From the NCBI RefSeq assembly GCF_032444005.1, contig NC_091283.1:823112001-823176000 (forward strand): a stretch of 64,000 bases of DNA, written 5' to 3'. Both the position numbers and the translations under genes were made by a program. This document shows positions 61,301-64,000 of the stretch, in pieces. Below the pieces are notes generated by a model. It saw nothing but the letters and a program-made list of their open reading frames with translations. It was not told the DNA's origin and ran no database searches. Source of the DNA: Ranitomeya imitator. Taxonomy: Eukaryota. Position 1 is the first letter of the stretch. Each line of letters starts with the position of its first letter.

Positions 61301-62886
61301 AAGTAATAGCATTTTTGTAATGGAATAACATATTCTATTGATGATACAGATGCATAGTAGTGTTACCCCCTCAACTATTGTAACTTAGAGGGGTTGTCCC
61401 TTTCAGAAAATCTTGGTCCCCAGGTGAAGTTTGTTATAAAAAAAAAAAGCAAAAATTAGCCATTCTTTACTCACCTTTACCAGGTCCAACTTTTTTAACT
61501 ACCTGTCGAACAGATTTTGATCTAAAGGCTATATTATACTCCACAGCTGCAGTCACAATTCTGCTGCATATTAATGAAAACATTGAACAAACGTCTAGTC
61601 GGATTTACCCTTAACTGCTTAGCTGAGCTCTAATGGATAGGACAATTCTCTACTCGCCCAACCTGACTGACAGCCGCAGCTTGTACTGAGCAGTGTCAGA
61701 ACTCAGCAGGGAGGAGGGACACTGAGGAGCTGTCAGTCAAGCTAGGTAGGCGGATAGTAAGTTAAACTTCTATAAAGTGTTAGGTCAGAGACAGACTGCC
61801 GTATAACTCGTGCGAGGATCGCATCGCACTGCACGCACTGGCCCGGCACCTCTCCTGACCCGAGCAAGACAGTATGAGGTATTTCTATGCAGCTGTCAAG
61901 CTCGGGTCAGGAGAGCCGACAGCCAGTACGAGGTTTACGATGCGATTCTCGCACGAGATATACGGCAGTCTGTCTCTGCCCTTAGAGCGATTCTGATATT
62001 GATACACAAAGTAAGTACTCCAGCCTCAACAGGCATAAGAGATCTGGTTAGTAAGCATGCAGTTTGTATCTTGAAATCTGGTGGCTAAAGACATTCACAA
62101 CTATTTTTTTTTACTGTGTCAATGCATCTAAAGTCAAACCAGAAATAAGTTTGCAATAGATCTTGCTTTTTAAAGGGAACCTGTTGCATCCTTTTTTGGC
62201 ACTAAACTGCCCCCAATGTCCTGGCAGCGATGCACATTGCATCACTAACATGTTTATATCAAGGAAAACGTCCCAGAATTTTTTGCAAAAAAAAAATAAA
62301 TCACTTTTTATACTTTGATTGCCCCACATACCTCCTGTTTCAGTCATGGGGGTGGAGATCTCTAGCTTTACAGTCACGGTCAGACTAATGCTTTTTCAAA
62401 TGTCTCCATGCCCATCGCATTATTATTCCTTCCTCTCACTGCTCCCTATGTCACTGCAATCTTCCAGCAGATCCCGCTCTTGTACAATGACGCTCAGCTT
62501 TCCGAGCACGGGCACTGAATCTGGGTGTACGTCCCAGCTTCATATCCTATGTGTGCGTGCTCTGGAGCCGCTGAGCGTCAGTGGCTGGTGGACTCCTCTA
62601 TCATTATTTTAATCACATGATGTCATAGACCTGATGGAAAAGAGAAGAATTCGCTAGGTAGAAAAATAAAATGAGCAAGTGTGCAGAATCAGAACAGCGC
62701 CGTACATTGTGTTGTGGCCAATCTAAGGTACTGCAACTTGATCCCTATTGAAGTGAATGGGAGCGGAGCTGCAGTACTCAGATATGACCACTTCACAGTT
62801 AGTGGAGCTGTGCTGTACACTGGTTACATATCGGCTGATCGGTGGGGTGCCGAGTGTTTGACCTCCACCAAACTAATATTGATGAC

Positions 62887-63165
62887 TAGTGATGAGCGAA
62901 TATACTCGTTACTTGGGATTTTTCGAGCACGCTCGGGTGTCCTCCGAGTATTTTTTTTAGTGCTCGGAGATTTAGTTTTCCTCAGCTGAATGATTTACCT
63001 CTCTTAGCCAGCTTGATTACATGTGGGGATTCCCTAGCAACCAGGCAACCCCCACATGTACTTATGCTGGCTGACAGATGTAAATCATTCAGCTGCGGCG
63101 AAGAAAACTAAATCTCTGTGTGTGCTCTGGAAATCTCAAGTAACGAGTATATTCGCTCATCACTA
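62887..63165. mobile_element. Palindromic hAT MITE (same family as 21981-22283)
   Basis: TAGTGATGAGCGAATATACTCG...CGAGTATATTCGCTCATCACTA with 8-bp TSD TTGATGAC. Confidence 0.95.
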
Positions 63166-63699
63166 TTGATGACCTAGCGATAGGCTGTCAATATCAAACC
63201 TTATCGACCGCTTGAAAATAAGGTATTAATAAGGATCCCGATCAGAGTAGGGTCTGACGTCACACTCCGGAGGGGCCGCAGGAGATGCAGTGCTACCCGG
63301 ACCATAAGGCAACCAAAAATGTCCCTTTGGCCCAATCCCAAGACAAATCCTATTTTTTTGGAACTGTTACATTGCGGCCTGCAAGCTTTGTTACCCCATT
63401 GTGCAGGGTTTAAAATACTTAATTTCCAGACCCTACAGTTTAGGGGACTGTGACTGTGCACTCCCCTCCCTGAGAAAATCACAACCTTATCTTTTCTATT
63501 GCACTAAATCTCATTGGCTTGGGTCAGGTCACACTACCTTATAAATCCCTGGGTCAATCTCTAAAACTTTTAATGTAATGACAACAAGCAGTTAATACAT
63601 CACAGTGGATGCTGGGAGTTGTGGTTCCCCAGGCTGCAGATACATCTCTGGAGGACATGATGCTCCTGGATGAGGAGGAATCTCTGTTCTGTGCTGACT

Positions 63700-63845
63700 C
63701 TCGGCTCAGCCAATAGGATCCGTCCGAGAGGGCAGCGGCAGCCAATGGCAGGCGAGCAGAGCGGAAGTGCAGCTGTCAGCAGTGATACATTGTCGCGTTC
63801 CATGATCCCGGGCAGTGACACTTTGTAGCCGCCGCTGATCGCACG
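63700..63845 (+). promoter_or_regulatory. ATP6V0E2 proximal promoter and 5' UTR
   Basis: Two CCAAT boxes (~63710, ~63743), ETS motif GCGGAAGTG (~63761), and CpG-rich sequence before the ATG. Confidence 0.55.
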
Positions 63846-63949
63846 ATGACCGCGCACTCCTTCACGGTGCCCATGATCATCTTCACCACCTTCTGGGGCA
63901 TCATCGGCATCGCGGCCCCATGGTTCGTCCCGAAAGGCCCCAACAGAGG
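63846..63949 (+). CDS. ATP6V0E2: V-ATPase V0 subunit e2, coding exon 1 (gene continues right of the window)
   Basis: Translates as [35 protein letters not shown] followed by the donor GTAAG. The 104-nt coding exon resembles human e2 ([18 protein letters not shown]) more than e1 (MAYHGLTVPLIV). It is not in the ORF track because it is short. Confidence 0.9.
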
Positions 63950-64000
63950 GTAAGAGGGTCCTCGTTACACATTAGCCCTGCAGCCATCTGCCCAAGCTGC

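Noticed and set aside
48090-63826. Shared 12-mer AGTGACACTTTG near the COX15 and ATP6V0E2 5' ends
   Set aside because: It is a single short match with no flanking similarity or known motif, and is compatible with chance.
63554-63857. Minus-strand ORFs as the 3' end of ENTPD7 (expected from human synteny)
   Set aside because: There is no similarity to ENTPD7; the region is the promoter and exon 1 of ATP6V0E2 on the plus strand.

Overview
Eukaryotic, TE-rich vertebrate DNA, most likely from a frog (inferred from the TE repertoire: T2/Kolobok MITEs, V-SINE, DIRS1, chromovirus). Four host genes were reconstructed exon by exon with GT-AG sites and phases: ABCC2/MRP2 exons 1-11 (minus, runs off the left edge), complete CUTC (minus), complete COX15 (plus, head-to-head with CUTC) and exon 1 of ATP6V0E2 (plus, right edge). 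The rest is nested mobile DNA: a near-intact chromodomain Ty3/Gypsy provirus in ABCC2 intron 10 with a hAT element in one LTR, a DIRS1 retrotransposon interrupted by a solo LTR, a MITE and a ~1.6 kb inverted duplication, a full-length Tc1, a Helitron, L2, V-SINE, a piggyBac-like element carrying a 427-bp tandem/inverted insertion, many MITEs and about seven minisatellites. The most unusual observations are: (i) the inverted duplication lands at the exact centre of a 14-bp palindrome in the DIRS recombinase; (ii) a tRNA-independent self-priming signature plus 6-bp TSDs in the Gypsy family; (iii) a 68-bp collapsed-ITR DIRS footprint; (iv) a ~50-copy G-quadruplex array next to the CUTC/COX15 bidirectional promoter; (v) a Helitron-derived in-frame candidate exon in COX15. 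All coordinates and alignments were done by eye, with no database searches.
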